Source: Phoronis australis
Taxonomy: Eukaryota; Animalia; Phoronida
Direction: 5' to 3'
Length of the DNA stretch: 64,000 nt
Assembly: GCA_002633005.1 (NCBI GenBank)
Contig: NMRA01000005.1
Location: forward strand, 424,925-488,924
Shown: piece after piece, positions 53,341 to 64,000 of the stretch
How the letters are laid out: every line of letters starts with the position of its first letter
Numbering within the stretch: the stretch's first letter is position 1
Translations under genes and position numbers: made by a program
The notes under the pieces: model-generated
What the model was told of the DNA's origin: nothing
Seen by the model: the letters and a program-made list of their open reading frames with translations, nothing else
Database searches by the model: none

Positions 53341-53613
53341 CTGTTCTTGAAGTGAGAGGAGAATCAGCAAAAATCGGTAGCCAACCATCCCTATTAGTGA
53401 ACACACGTATCGAGTACAGCGATCCTGGTGTCAGACCATTGCACGTACTGGTAGCAAAGTCTGAACCAACATAGACAGTGTCTCCCAACACGTTCTTGCG
53501 CCCGATACACTTCAATGTGTAACCTTGTTTGTTCCCCGGTGCATGCTTCCACGCTACAGTAATCGACGTGCTCGTTTGATTGGTCACACTGATTGACGTC
53601 ACTCGTTCTAGCT
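53341..53613 (-). CDS. FN3 exon 7 (non-canonical GC donor)
   Basis: 273 nt, phase 1-1, donor AG|GCAAGT. ITVAW...CNGLTPGSLYSIRVFT. Confidence 0.82.
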
Positions 53614-54761
53614 CTGTTCCGGTGAAGATATTCGAAACCCATTACAGTCGGATTTTTTTAATTTCCGTAATCAATATTTTACGTGTCGACTATTGTTCAC
53701 TAAAAATTGACCCACAATGCTATACTCTTAGATGTGACATGCGTGTTGAAGAAAAAGTCAGTAAAGACACATAGCAAAGAACTTTCTGTTGTCATGGTGC
53801 AGCAAATCGTAACCTAACAAAACATGTTCGTCTGTTTATGACTCAATCTTATTTCAGCTACACCTACTTGTCAGGTTCTGTGGGCAATCTAGATACGGGA
53901 AACATTCCATCTTGATTTCTGGGGGAGAACCAACTACATATATGCTACTAATCATCGAAGCAAACATGGAAACGAAAACCGAGGTGGGCATCTGAAGGGA
54001 AGGACAGAAAGTAACGACGGTAAAATTGTCAACCGTCATGTGTGTTGGATAACTCGCGAGAAGAAATAGCAGTGACAACGTGGGAAGCAAGACATGCACG
54101 GGTTCACAATATAGGGGAAGAACTAAAATGTACAAACAAGGGTGGTGTTGGATGGAGAGTATGTAAGGGAAGAAATAGAGGGAACAGCGTCTGGTATTGG
54201 GCGAGGAAGAACGGAAAGTATAGGAAGAATAGAAGGAGCAACAGGGATACTGAACGGGAAGAAATAAATGGAACACCGTCGGGCATAGGACGAGGATGAA
54301 TGGAAAGTATACGGAGATTGAACGAATAAGGTTAACTGAGGGTGTAGGAGGATGAAGCGTGTACAAGAAGAAATAGCGTCTAACCCGAAACGGCGAGTAT
54401 GGGCGAAGAAATACATGAAGAAGGAACAATGTCTGATACAGGACAAAGGTTGGCAGAGGGTTTTCGTGATGAAACAGGTGGAAAGACTTCTAAACGAGGT
54501 GGACGAAGAGTATAGGGAAAAAAGAAAGGACGCCTGACATTGGACTGACGTGGGTGTAAAGAATACGGGAATGAACATAAGGATTAACGACTGTCAGAAG
54601 TCGGGTTAAATAAAAGTTTCAGCACCTACCGGAGGTCACATAACAATTGCCAGCGCAGCATAAGTTAAGAACAAGCAGTAGAGAAGAGACATATAATCAA
54701 GACTGGATGGATAAGAAGATATGCAGAAGACATAAAAGAGATACATGTAGCTAACGAAGAG

Positions 54762-54838
54762 GATACAGTGTAACCTAGTGGGATAAGTATCGGTGCATTT
54801 ACTCAAGGTCGTCGTGGGTTCGAATCCCATTGGTGATC
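54762..54838 (+). other. tRNA-derived (SINE head-like) sequence, not a functional tRNA
   Basis: A-box-like TAACCTAGTGG and B-box/T-arm GGGTTCGAATCCC (54816-54828); no convincing acceptor stem. Confidence 0.5.
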
Positions 54839-55960
54839 ATTGCCACACCCTTCAGACATGTTTCCGGCTCCTCAGCTTTTTTATCTATACATTGATAAAG
54901 CATAAAATGGTCCCAGTTGATCAGTGCAATGCGTTCACCCAAGCAGCCTGCGCATGTCTTGTACAGCGTGTACCAGACAGCCTGTAATTATATATTTGTG
55001 AAATGGTCATCGTTGAACTTCAAAAATTCGTTGGCACACTTTTTGGCAACCATTTGTTTTACTTATCTGCAGTTATAATAACAAGGAAGAATAGGTACAA
55101 GAGTTCTTATTGACATTATTTGTTGGCAATTGAGGATGGTGGTTAGAAGCATTAGCCCCAAACCTTTCCTCGTGTTACTTTGCCGTCGCAGCAATAAAAT
55201 AAAAAATCGACTCTATTGTGGAGCTCGAAAAACCATTTGTCTCAACCCTGAAGGTGGAAGGTTTCCAGAAATTGCAGTCTTTTAAACAAATACTGACTGT
55301 CGAAAGTTACTGACCGTCTGAGGTATCGTAAGCAGTTTTTCACATAAAATGAACTTCGAGGTCTTTGTCTGAGTAGCTCTGTGAGGAGCTCACGTGATGT
55401 ACAGTACATATCAGAAGTACATGAGACAATTGAACTGATTTGTATATTAAATGTGTAGAGGAAAAATCAGCATAAATGTCGCTGTGGCGTATATTAACAC
55501 GCCAGAGCTAACAATGTCTTAATCTTTTAAATAAATTTTGTATAGTTTAAATTCAGATAATCGTATTTTATTTAACTGATGACAGTTATGTATCCCCAGA
55601 GTCTTACAGTATTTGTTGTAAGGAGAGGAATCTGAGGAAGAAGAGTGGCGTCACTGATCGGGTCAACCACTTTAAATAAGAAAAAACTATTGGCGACCAT
55701 TATGAAATAACGACTATTCGGAGTTCCAATTCTAAAACGAAAAATTAACATTTTACCCACTATCCACTTGCATCAGGTTTAACCAATATATAACGTCAAC
55801 AATTTCCATGGTTGCTAACATACAGTGGAGCTCTCAGGAGCTAGCCCAAAACTGCAGATTAAATTTAACCCCAAACTGGCGGATTGGATTCAGAGCTGCA
55901 CAAGTGGCTCGCCTAAAACGTCCCTTAAGAACACATGAGCGTGAAGTTCACTGTATTACA

Positions 55961-56947
55961 CATAGGCGGATTTAGGGGGGAGGGCCCAGGGGGCCCGCCC
56001 CCCCCCCCTTGGCTTCCGCAAAAAATATAACAGCAAGAGCGTAGGGAAATGTTGAGTTTATTAATTAACCCCGATAATTAAAATTATAACGGATGAAAAA
56101 GGATTTAAATGTATGCAGTTTTAGGGTTGGGGGAGGGGGACTCAGATCCAGTTTCAAGTGCCAAATTCGGAACGCGGCTTATTCGTAACGGAATTATGGC
56201 TAAGTATTGGCTCTCCCGCGATATCCCAGGCGACCGCATTACGACTCCGTTTCCGTCGTCTGCTCCACTGTGCAATGAAGAAAATTTACTTCATTTTTTA
56301 AAGAAAATGGAACCTGAGTGACGATGAAAAAACAGAAGCTGCTGGTAAGATGTGAATTTTAATCGAAGTGTTAGTGAATCACTCAGAAACTCATAATTCT
56401 CTCTTTGTCAAACTGACTTAAGACGATTTCCTAAGCAACCCGTCATTATTGCCAACACGAAAAACGGATTTGGTCTTTTGGGCATTTGAAGACTATTTTA
56501 AATACAACAAAGTTGTTAAGAACCGACTGCACAAAATATAAAACGTGTAATAAGCATTACAAAAAGAAGTAGGTTTCGCACGCAAACGCTATGGACCATA
56601 AACAAGTAGGTCTCCTAGTACGAGATTAACAGATAAGTCGTGGTGGTGTAGTGGTAACGCACGCGCGCGCTAACCGCCACGTCGTGAGATCGAGTCTCCG
56701 ATACATGCAGTTTTTCTTGTTTGATGCGTTCTCCGTGTTTTTCTCTTGGATAATACTTCAGGAATCAAGGAAAATGCTTGATTTTTGGAGGGAAAAACAG
56801 AAAAATTTCCTTGGCGTGAGGGGGCAAACCCCCCTCCCGACCTCCCCCCATTCGGTGCTATGCGCACCTACAATCGTGGTTTGCGCAAATGCTTACAGCC
56901 GGACAAAATGATGGGCTCCCCCTTGTGATATCCTACATCCGCCACTG
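55961..56947. mobile_element. Longer (987 bp) element with related termini, 5-bp TSD TTACA
   Basis: TTACA|CATAGGCGGATTT...CATCCGCCACTG|TTACA. Confidence 0.75.
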
Positions 56948-57225
56948 TTACATCTGTTCTGAAGAGGCGACTAAATGATATGTCAAATCTCAGCTTCGTA
57001 ACTTTAAAAGTGTTGCAAAACCGCTTTGAAACAATTACACACGCGCGCGCGCGCACACACGCACGCACGCACATATACGCACACACAGTACTATTGAAGC
57101 AGTGTGGTGTAATTGTCTGCTTTATACGGAGGTTGAGTGAACAAATCGGCGGTTTTGAGACGCTCTTGACTGTTTGTAGTCATTGCGGGGATCACACAAC
57201 TCCTATACAATTTTACAACACGTAC

Positions 57226-57507
57226 TAGAAATTGTTGATCCATCTTGCTTCCAGTCGCTTATCGCATCTTTCCACTTTGACTGTTTGGTTACTATTCTTA
57301 ACGAGTAGCTGGTTCCTGGGGTCAGTCCATCGCACACAGCTTCGTTTTGATCAGGCATCACTTGGATACTCTTTTTCATGGCACTGCGCTCAGCTGAGAC
57401 GCACTCAAGGATATATGCCTCCTTTCTTCCCCATGCGTGGCGCCACCTCGCAGTTAGCGAAGATGCAGAGGATGCCAAAATCTTCAAATGTGTTGCGTTC
57501 GTCAACG
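57226..57507 (-). CDS. FN3 exon 6
   Basis: 282 nt, phase 1-1, GTACGT donor. LTARW...CDGLTPGTSYSLRIVT. Confidence 0.86.
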
Positions 57508-57650
57508 CTGTGTCAAGATAGCAAGCCAACAATCATGCAACAATACATTATCGGGATACCATTTCTAAAGATAAATTTAAGAAACGAAGGAAGTTTATTG
57601 AAGGCTACTGACTGAAATGTACACTGGCTGGAAAGACAATTGATTCCTAC

Positions 57651-57917
57651 CTGTCTGGCCTTCCGTATTCGATTCCACATTTGTCCATCTCCCTCTTTCA
57701 GTAGTTACAATAACCGTGTAAGTGGAACCAGCCTTTAAACCTACACACTTCGATTTGTTCGAATCTGCACTTAGAAAAGTCTCAAAATATAGGCCGTCGT
57801 CATTGGAGTGACAAGAAAATCTGTAACGATCTTTGTTGCCAATAGAAGGCGACCACGTCACAGAAAGTGAGGAAGAGGTCTCTGTTTTCACCCTCAAACC
57901 TGTGACCGGAGTTAAAT
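57651..57917 (-). CDS. FN3 exon 5
   Basis: 267 nt, phase 1-1, GTAGGA donor. LSVTW...CVGLKAGSTYTVIVTT. Confidence 0.88.
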
Positions 57918-58100
57918 CTGAAAATGAAAATAATTGACGATGAATTTGTTAAATGCATGATGAAGCAAATATCTGTTCTTCATATCAAGAGAGTGTCGAT
58001 TAGATATAATTTTCGTTAGGAATAAATATTGGCCTACATCGCTGCGTTCAGAAACGGGCTATGATCGTACCAACACCAATAGTAACGTGAGTTCACTTAC

Positions 58101-58370
58101 CAGTTTTAGTAAGAAATTCTATGGTGGACCCTTGCCACCTTGTTTTTGTAGTAGTCACCCGAACAGAGTAAAGCGAGCCTGGGGTCAGTTGGTTGCACGT
58201 ACAGTTGCGATCTTGTGAACTCAGAGTGGCGCTACTTTTCGTGGTCTGCTGATCATTACTGGTACAGGTGACCATGTAACCATGGTAACTGGGACTGGCA
58301 TGGTGCCAGCTCACCGCGACAGAGCGTGTCGTTTTCGCTGTTAATTGAAGTTTAGATACTGTGTCCAACA
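58101..58370 (-). CDS. FN3 exon 4
   Basis: 270 nt, phase 1-1, GTAAGT donor. VAVSW...CNQLTPGSLYSVRVTT. Confidence 0.88.
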
Positions 58371-58949
58371 CTGAAAAGCAAGCGAACGTTTCTAGCTATG
58401 TAACACGCCAAGTGTAGCTTTGGAGCTTAGTATTTTCACGAACGCACGTGAATTTTACGGTGCCTTTATTTAGGCAGTTGTAACGGAAAAACAAATTCAG
58501 TGTCCCTGAATTTTTGCACATCGAAATACTTAAAACAAACAAAAAATGCAACGATAAAATTACACTGAAGGGAGTTCAGCACAGTTTTGATTTGGTGCTT
58601 GAGTACGGCAGACTACTGTGATTTGCCGCGACGATGAATAGTTTACCCATGTTTGCAACTTATTACTTCAACTTTCGAGAGACAAGTTCGAATTCGAATT
58701 TGAGTTTCTAACGTGATTCTAGCGGTCATTCGAAAGACTAAGGTTGCACTGCAAATTGAAACCTTGGGTTTTGTACTTACATGCATGTGCGTAGAATACA
58801 AGAATACTCAAACTAATTATGAATAACACCAATACTGATTCCATACTGAACAATATGGCAAAGATAAACTATGGAAAGCATACGATATTCCAATCTGAAG
58901 TCTGAGGTGACGTTTGAATATTGGATTTCTCTCCTCTGAGATAACTTAC

Positions 58950-59219
58950 GCGTTGAAGACATAGCTATGGTACTTATGTTTGACCATCCGATCTTGACCG
59001 TAGTGACGGTGATTTCATACGATGACCCTGGTCGTAGTTCACGACAGATAACCGAGTTGGTATAGAACATAACTTTTTCAGTCGCCGACTTCAAGTTGCC
59101 TGGATCTTTTGGTGTACAGTCCACAACGTAAAACTGCGGAAAGCCATTTGCCTTGCGCCAGGACACAACGAGTGAAGTCGCTCGCTGGCTTATCACCACT
59201 TCCGTCACAGGTTGTAACT
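58950..59219 (-). CDS. FN3 exon 3
   Basis: 270 nt, phase 1-1, GTAAGT donor. LVVSW...CRELRPGSSYEITVTT. Confidence 0.88.
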
Positions 59220-60466
59220 CTGCACATAAAGTGAATTTAAAAACTAATTTAAAAACTGCGACTGGTGTAAGAAACGTTCGTGTGGCAGCTGCGTAGACCC
59301 AGAATCAAAACAAATCTGTGCTTTTTGTCTTTATATTCGTTCTGTTATTTGAGTTGAAAATGACGCCAGTACTCATACTTTTTCTTACTACTATAAACTG
59401 ATCCACTGATCTGGTGGCTGCCAATTGGGGAGACTGTAAATTGTTGTTTTCTACATGTTTTAAATAAAATACTCGCTACCCCCAATACTCCAGACCACTT
59501 ACGCACTGCGACTTCTCAATTTGGGATCATGGGCGCATTGAGCTATTTTGTCTTACATGTAGATGGTTGGCATAACAATAATACAGAAAATATCATCAAA
59601 ACTAATGTCAGTGACCAAAAACGTTAGTGATATGGGTCTAGCATATTTTGAAAAAACACATATCGCAATTGTGAATTTATGTTTTCGGTGTTAAAGTGAA
59701 ATTCATACCAACCACTATAGTCGAGTCATACACTCGAAAATGCCAACCTCCTGCAAAGTCGAATCCATAAAGGACAAAAATGCTAACGTGATCCATAGGT
59801 CCTTAAAACTGGCCAAAACATATGAATCCTGAGGGCCAACCGAACGATTCTTAATTTGCAGCGGTAAAACGACAAATTGGAATTTATTCAGGAAGAAACT
59901 CATCGCCTTAACTTCACCAACTTAACGTATTCCACAATCTGAACAAAATAACTCAATCCGTGTGCAGTGAGTAATCACGATCTTGACTTGAACTGGCACA
60001 TACATGTACACATGTACTGCTTTAGCTAGCTTTTGAGTTAGTCACGACAATTCATCGCATAATCCTGTAACCCTGTATCAATTTTGCCTGAAGATGAGTC
60101 AACACCAACCACGAAATATAATTGTCGTTTTAATCACAGTTTTCTTATGTCTTTTAGCCGTCTGCTTAATTGTTGGGCTGTGAACAACCATCAAAGATAC
60201 AGAGAGCTCCAGTGAATATTGCTGAGAGTTATTAATCGTGAACATTGTTGTGTGTTCAACAGATTTTGTGTACTAGAGTTGCCAAATTGTTAAAAAAATA
60301 AAACAGAAAAATACCAATTATACCACAAGGAGGTTTAAACTCAACTCGAAAACTAGACCGTTGGCCAAGTTAATTTATTTAATTTGTTTCTTTACACTGT
60401 TTTCTATAGCCTACATCTTTGTGACAACGGTTGAAATAGTCCTGAAGTTGAATGAAACAAACTTAC

Positions 60467-60745
60467 TAATTTTGGTCATATCGTTAGTAACTCCTAGACT
60501 CGTGGTTTCCGGAAAGCCCTCTACCATTGTGGAGACTGTGATGGTGTAAACAAGTCCGGGAGAAAGGTTAGTACACTTGGCGACTGAAACATAAAGAGGC
60601 ACTTCCACACGGCGCTGCTGTGCCTCTCGGCGCAGCGTTGAACACGTGACTTTGTACTTGTGTGCTCCAGCTGCTCTAGTCCAATTCACTTTTATCCACT
60701 GGTCTTCTGCAGACACAACCTGAACGCCTGTAACTGCTTCTGGAG
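60467..60745 (-). CDS. FN3 exon 2
   Basis: 279 nt, phase 1-1, GTAAGT donor. IKVNW...YKVTC...CTNLSPGLVYTITVST. Confidence 0.88.
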
Positions 60746-61144
60746 CTGCCGTAAAGCAAACAAACCCTTTCAACAGTCGATTTGTGAACGTAAGTAAAAC
60801 AAGCCTCAACTGTAGACAAAGGACGCATTATTAAAATGCACGGCTTCTGTAATTGCACGTCTCTGATCGGATGTGCGCGCGTCCCGATAAAAACGATTTG
60901 ACGATAATTACGGAAAAATTGATTCGGGAGCTCCGAAATAAGAAAAGTTGTTAATCAAATGTCAATGACGTCAACTTGAACTCCGCTGTGCGCGGTGATT
61001 GGTACGCAGCCCGGGAGCCAAATGCTGTTTTTTACTTATCCTGGATTTGCCGGATAAAGTTTTTTCTTTGCTGTTTTATGTAGCCTAGCTATAGTTAATC
61101 ATGATTTAGGGGGGGGGGGGGGGCGTTCGCAACCCTTGAGCATT

Positions 61145-61615
61145 TTTAAAATATGCAAATTAAGGTCGCCATTATGCAAAATTCTATTTTTGCTTTCACC
61201 CATATTTCCATGATCAACGAACTTAAGAGTGAAAGTTTTTGGGTAGATCCATCGTAAATTTTCAAAATTTATGCAAAGTTTCACTTGTAATAATAGCTAT
61301 GGTACCAATCATCACAGGAGAATTATCATGGTGTTTGCACCTATGTTTCTATGGTCAATTAGTTTAATGACATCAGTTTGCATGTTGTTGCAGGATAAAT
61401 TTGCATAATTAATGCAAATTAAGGCCACCATTATTCAAAATTAAATTTTGCTTAAAACACCCTTACCAAGCACTTCAGACAGGTTACATTAATGTTTTCA
61501 TCTATGCTTCCATAGTCAGCGAATTTAATGGACCTCGTTTGCTGGTGGATACATCGTGAATTTGCATAATATATGCAAATTAAGGCCATCATTATTCAAA
61601 ATTCTACTTTTGCTC
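61145..61615. repeat. Degenerate tandem repeat with an ATGCAAATTAAGG...CATTAT..AAAATT core
   Basis: Core recurs at ~61153, ~61412 and ~61574, with a weaker copy at ~61271. Confidence 0.6.
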
Positions 61616-61702
61616 ATAGCTGAAGTGCCAGGATGAATTTTGATAATTTATACAAATAAAAGACACCATAATTCCAATGATCTATAATGCAATTAAATTC
61701 AC

Positions 61703-61978
61703 CTGAATGTGTCGTGTAGTCACGCAGAGTAGAGGTCACTTCTCTCCAGCCGGACTTCTTCGTCGTAATAGCGATAGAGTATCTAACTGTTGCGGTTAAG
61801 TTCCTGCAGGTGGCGGTGTACTGTTGTCCTGGCACGTGAACAGTAGCTGTCGTAGTATTTAGGGTTGAGAAACATTTCACCAAGTAAGAATGTTTTCCAA
61901 ACGTCGTATGATTCCACGCCACTGTCAGCAAAGACGATGTCCGTTTTACAACTATGATATTCGTGACGGGAGCCAAAC
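61703..61978 (-). CDS. FN3-TSP1-TM receptor gene, FN3 exon 1 in this window (5' end not found in window)
   Basis: ttttcag|...G|GTGAAT, 276 nt, phase 1-1. Pattern LTVAW...SYLVKC...CRNLTATVRYSIAITT. Confidence 0.85.
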
Positions 61979-63321
61979 CTGAAAAAGGGAACAATAGCTC
62001 ACTTTCCAAATAGCAGTGCCACGATGAAATTCACTACACCGCCAGATGGCGATCAGGTATTTGGTGGACAGGCGTTCCGCGCCACCTACAGATCGCATGT
62101 AATGCAGACGGAAGATTTTAGTCTACTGACATCATTTAACGTTAAAACAGTTTTACTGATATTCCAATGCCTGCACATTTCCACTGCTGTGCGGTGGCAT
62201 GCAGTGTACTATTGCCTTACGAAAGAAGACTTTTTGAAATTTCAATGGAGGAACAAGGACATCATGTTCCATACATTTCCCACTACGACGAAATGTGCGC
62301 TACAAAGCCAATGCCTGCGGGTTATAAAGCGGAAGAATTTCGATTCCAGCCGTGGTCAGAAAGGTCAACTAAACCAATGATCTTAGGCTAATAAAATAAT
62401 GAGAGGGACTGACACTGGAATTTATTCCTTTGCTTCAAAATTAGTGAAACACTATGCAGTAATTGAACTTTTGTCCACCAAATCTGAATCGGGATCAATT
62501 GGGAGGCACTTTTGTGTCCTCAGTACTCCAGAGAGCGCCAAAATTCTCATATTGCAACTGCAAGAATTAGAAAACTGTTAATATTACGTTTTCAAAATTA
62601 TTCTCATTGTTAATGCTACCAAAAGAAATCTTACGTCAAAGATGCGTTTCGCTCTATTTAGCCGGAAATCTAGTAAGTCTTTTTACTCTCATGAAATTGG
62701 TCCCATAATGCCACTTACTGTGAGATTAGGATTCCATTTCAGTTACCTACTCAAGCTGGCAGCAATGTGTACGTGCGCCATTTCCAAAAATCCCACTAAA
62801 CTCTAAAGCATTTTCTGGAGTCGTTCGTGGTTTCGGTGATCAGCAAGTGAACATAGGCGGCCTGTTGGAAGATGACACGTCGGGCTCCTGTTGGCATGGT
62901 TCGTAACACACGGCCAGCATCTGACAGCAAGATGGCATAGATAACGATGACAACGGCCGACGATGATGTTCCTACCCGCTTGGTATACATGTATTTTGTG
63001 GCTAATGGGTGCCCTGAACGTGTCGCAAACGCCAATCCAAAAACATATGAAAATAATTGCAGGCGGTATGGTACAGGTTTATGGAACGCCTCTAGCGTCA
63101 CCTTGTGACGGGTCTTTTCTGACACGTGACGAGTTCTTTCCAGTAACACGCTGACGCGTCACTGATGCGTTTTATTTTTTAGTTCTTTAAAAACAATAAC
63201 AGGCCACCACTTTCTCACAAAAGACAACTTGTAGTATACCCAGTCTTCATTGAGCATTTGACACAAAGAAAAAAAAATGAAAAATACCCAGTACTGCCTC
63301 GCATAAAAACACAACCTACAT

Positions 63322-63460
63322 AGACCCAATTCACGTCGACAGGAGGCGCGTTCCAAAACGAGGCTCGCTTCGGTAGCTCTGTTGGCTTATCGGCATACTC
63401 AGGGTTGTATTCCCCGTTGGTCGGACGGGCTAGAAAAATACGGACACTCAACTGTCTGTT
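63322..63460. mobile_element. Truncated second copy of the 27657-29063 element, opposite orientation
   Basis: Matches the reverse complement of ~28886-29063 (AGACCCAATTCACG...CCAAAACGAGGCTCGC...CTAGAAAAATACGGACAC). Confidence 0.75.
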
Positions 63461-64000
63461 TTACAATTAGTCGGTGGGCCAGATTTTGTAGGGCCTCTAG
63501 AAAATGGTTTTTGTGAGTACTTTAGGGGGGCAATTTTATTTTGGTGTTTTTTAATTCATTTATTAGAGTGTTTTCAAAATCTAAAAAGTTCCCACATATA
63601 AAGTTGCACATTTTTGAGAAATTTGAGTTTGAAGTTACCTAATAATCACCAAAGAGCTTAGTAAACTTATATTTGTAAAAACAACAGTTTTGGTGACTTT
63701 TTTGTAAAACAAGTAATATGGTCCCATCAGTGCCATTGTATTGAACAATATTACACTCACATTACATGTTTTACTATGTAAATTGTTAATTAACAGTGAA
63801 ATTTAAAAAATGTAAAGAGACACCTAGTGGCGAAAATGCAAACTAAGTCTGAATGTTACTAGGAAGTTATTCTGGCATTGTCAGGCAACAAAAATAACAC
63901 AAAACACTTGAGACTGGGCAAAATTTGTGCCTCAATGACTAAAACATTGACTAATGGTGTAAAATACAGCTTGTTTGCATAATACACCAGAAATACGTTA

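Noticed and set aside
53854-54578. 191-aa and 151-aa minus-strand ORFs as genes
   Set aside because: They are open only because the pyrimidine-rich low-complexity strand has few stops; no domain is recognisable.
54762-54838. Functional tRNA gene
   Set aside because: Only the A/B boxes and T-arm are recognisable; I could not build a full cloverleaf.
55572-55672. Extra FN3 exon starting VVDPISD
   Set aside because: It lacks the Trp/Cys/L-x-PG-Y pattern and hits a stop after about 32 codons.
29496-61978. Calling the FN3 gene PTPRB/PTPRQ, tenascin, usherin or fibronectin
   Set aside because: No PTP, fibrinogen, laminin or FN1/FN2 domain is seen in the window and TSP1 repeats are present, so no symbol was assigned.

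Overview
This is eukaryotic (invertebrate animal-like) genomic DNA with GT-AG introns, many transposons and assembly gaps. Three spliced genes can be read directly. (1) The first four coding exons of an APPL1/2-like BAR-domain adaptor lie on the minus strand and run off the left edge. (2) A complete 8-exon PSMD6/Rpn7 gene on the plus strand splices to 1170 nt (389 aa + stop). It is head-to-head with APPL, with 276 bp between start codons; its exon 1 is present twice, probably through haplotype assembly. (3) A large minus-strand type I membrane protein gene enters from the right edge. It has at least 14 one-exon-per-domain FN3 repeats (most with two Cys), 2 TSP1 repeats, one TM helix and a low-complexity tail with no catalytic domain; a decayed coding-like extension follows its stop. 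Introns and intergenic DNA hold two decayed Ty3/Gypsy elements, a Kolobok-like THAP element, MITEs with 5-, 8- and 9-bp TSDs, a Helentron-like element, a duplicated LINE tail and minisatellites. All family assignments come from reading by eye and recalled sequences; no searches were run.
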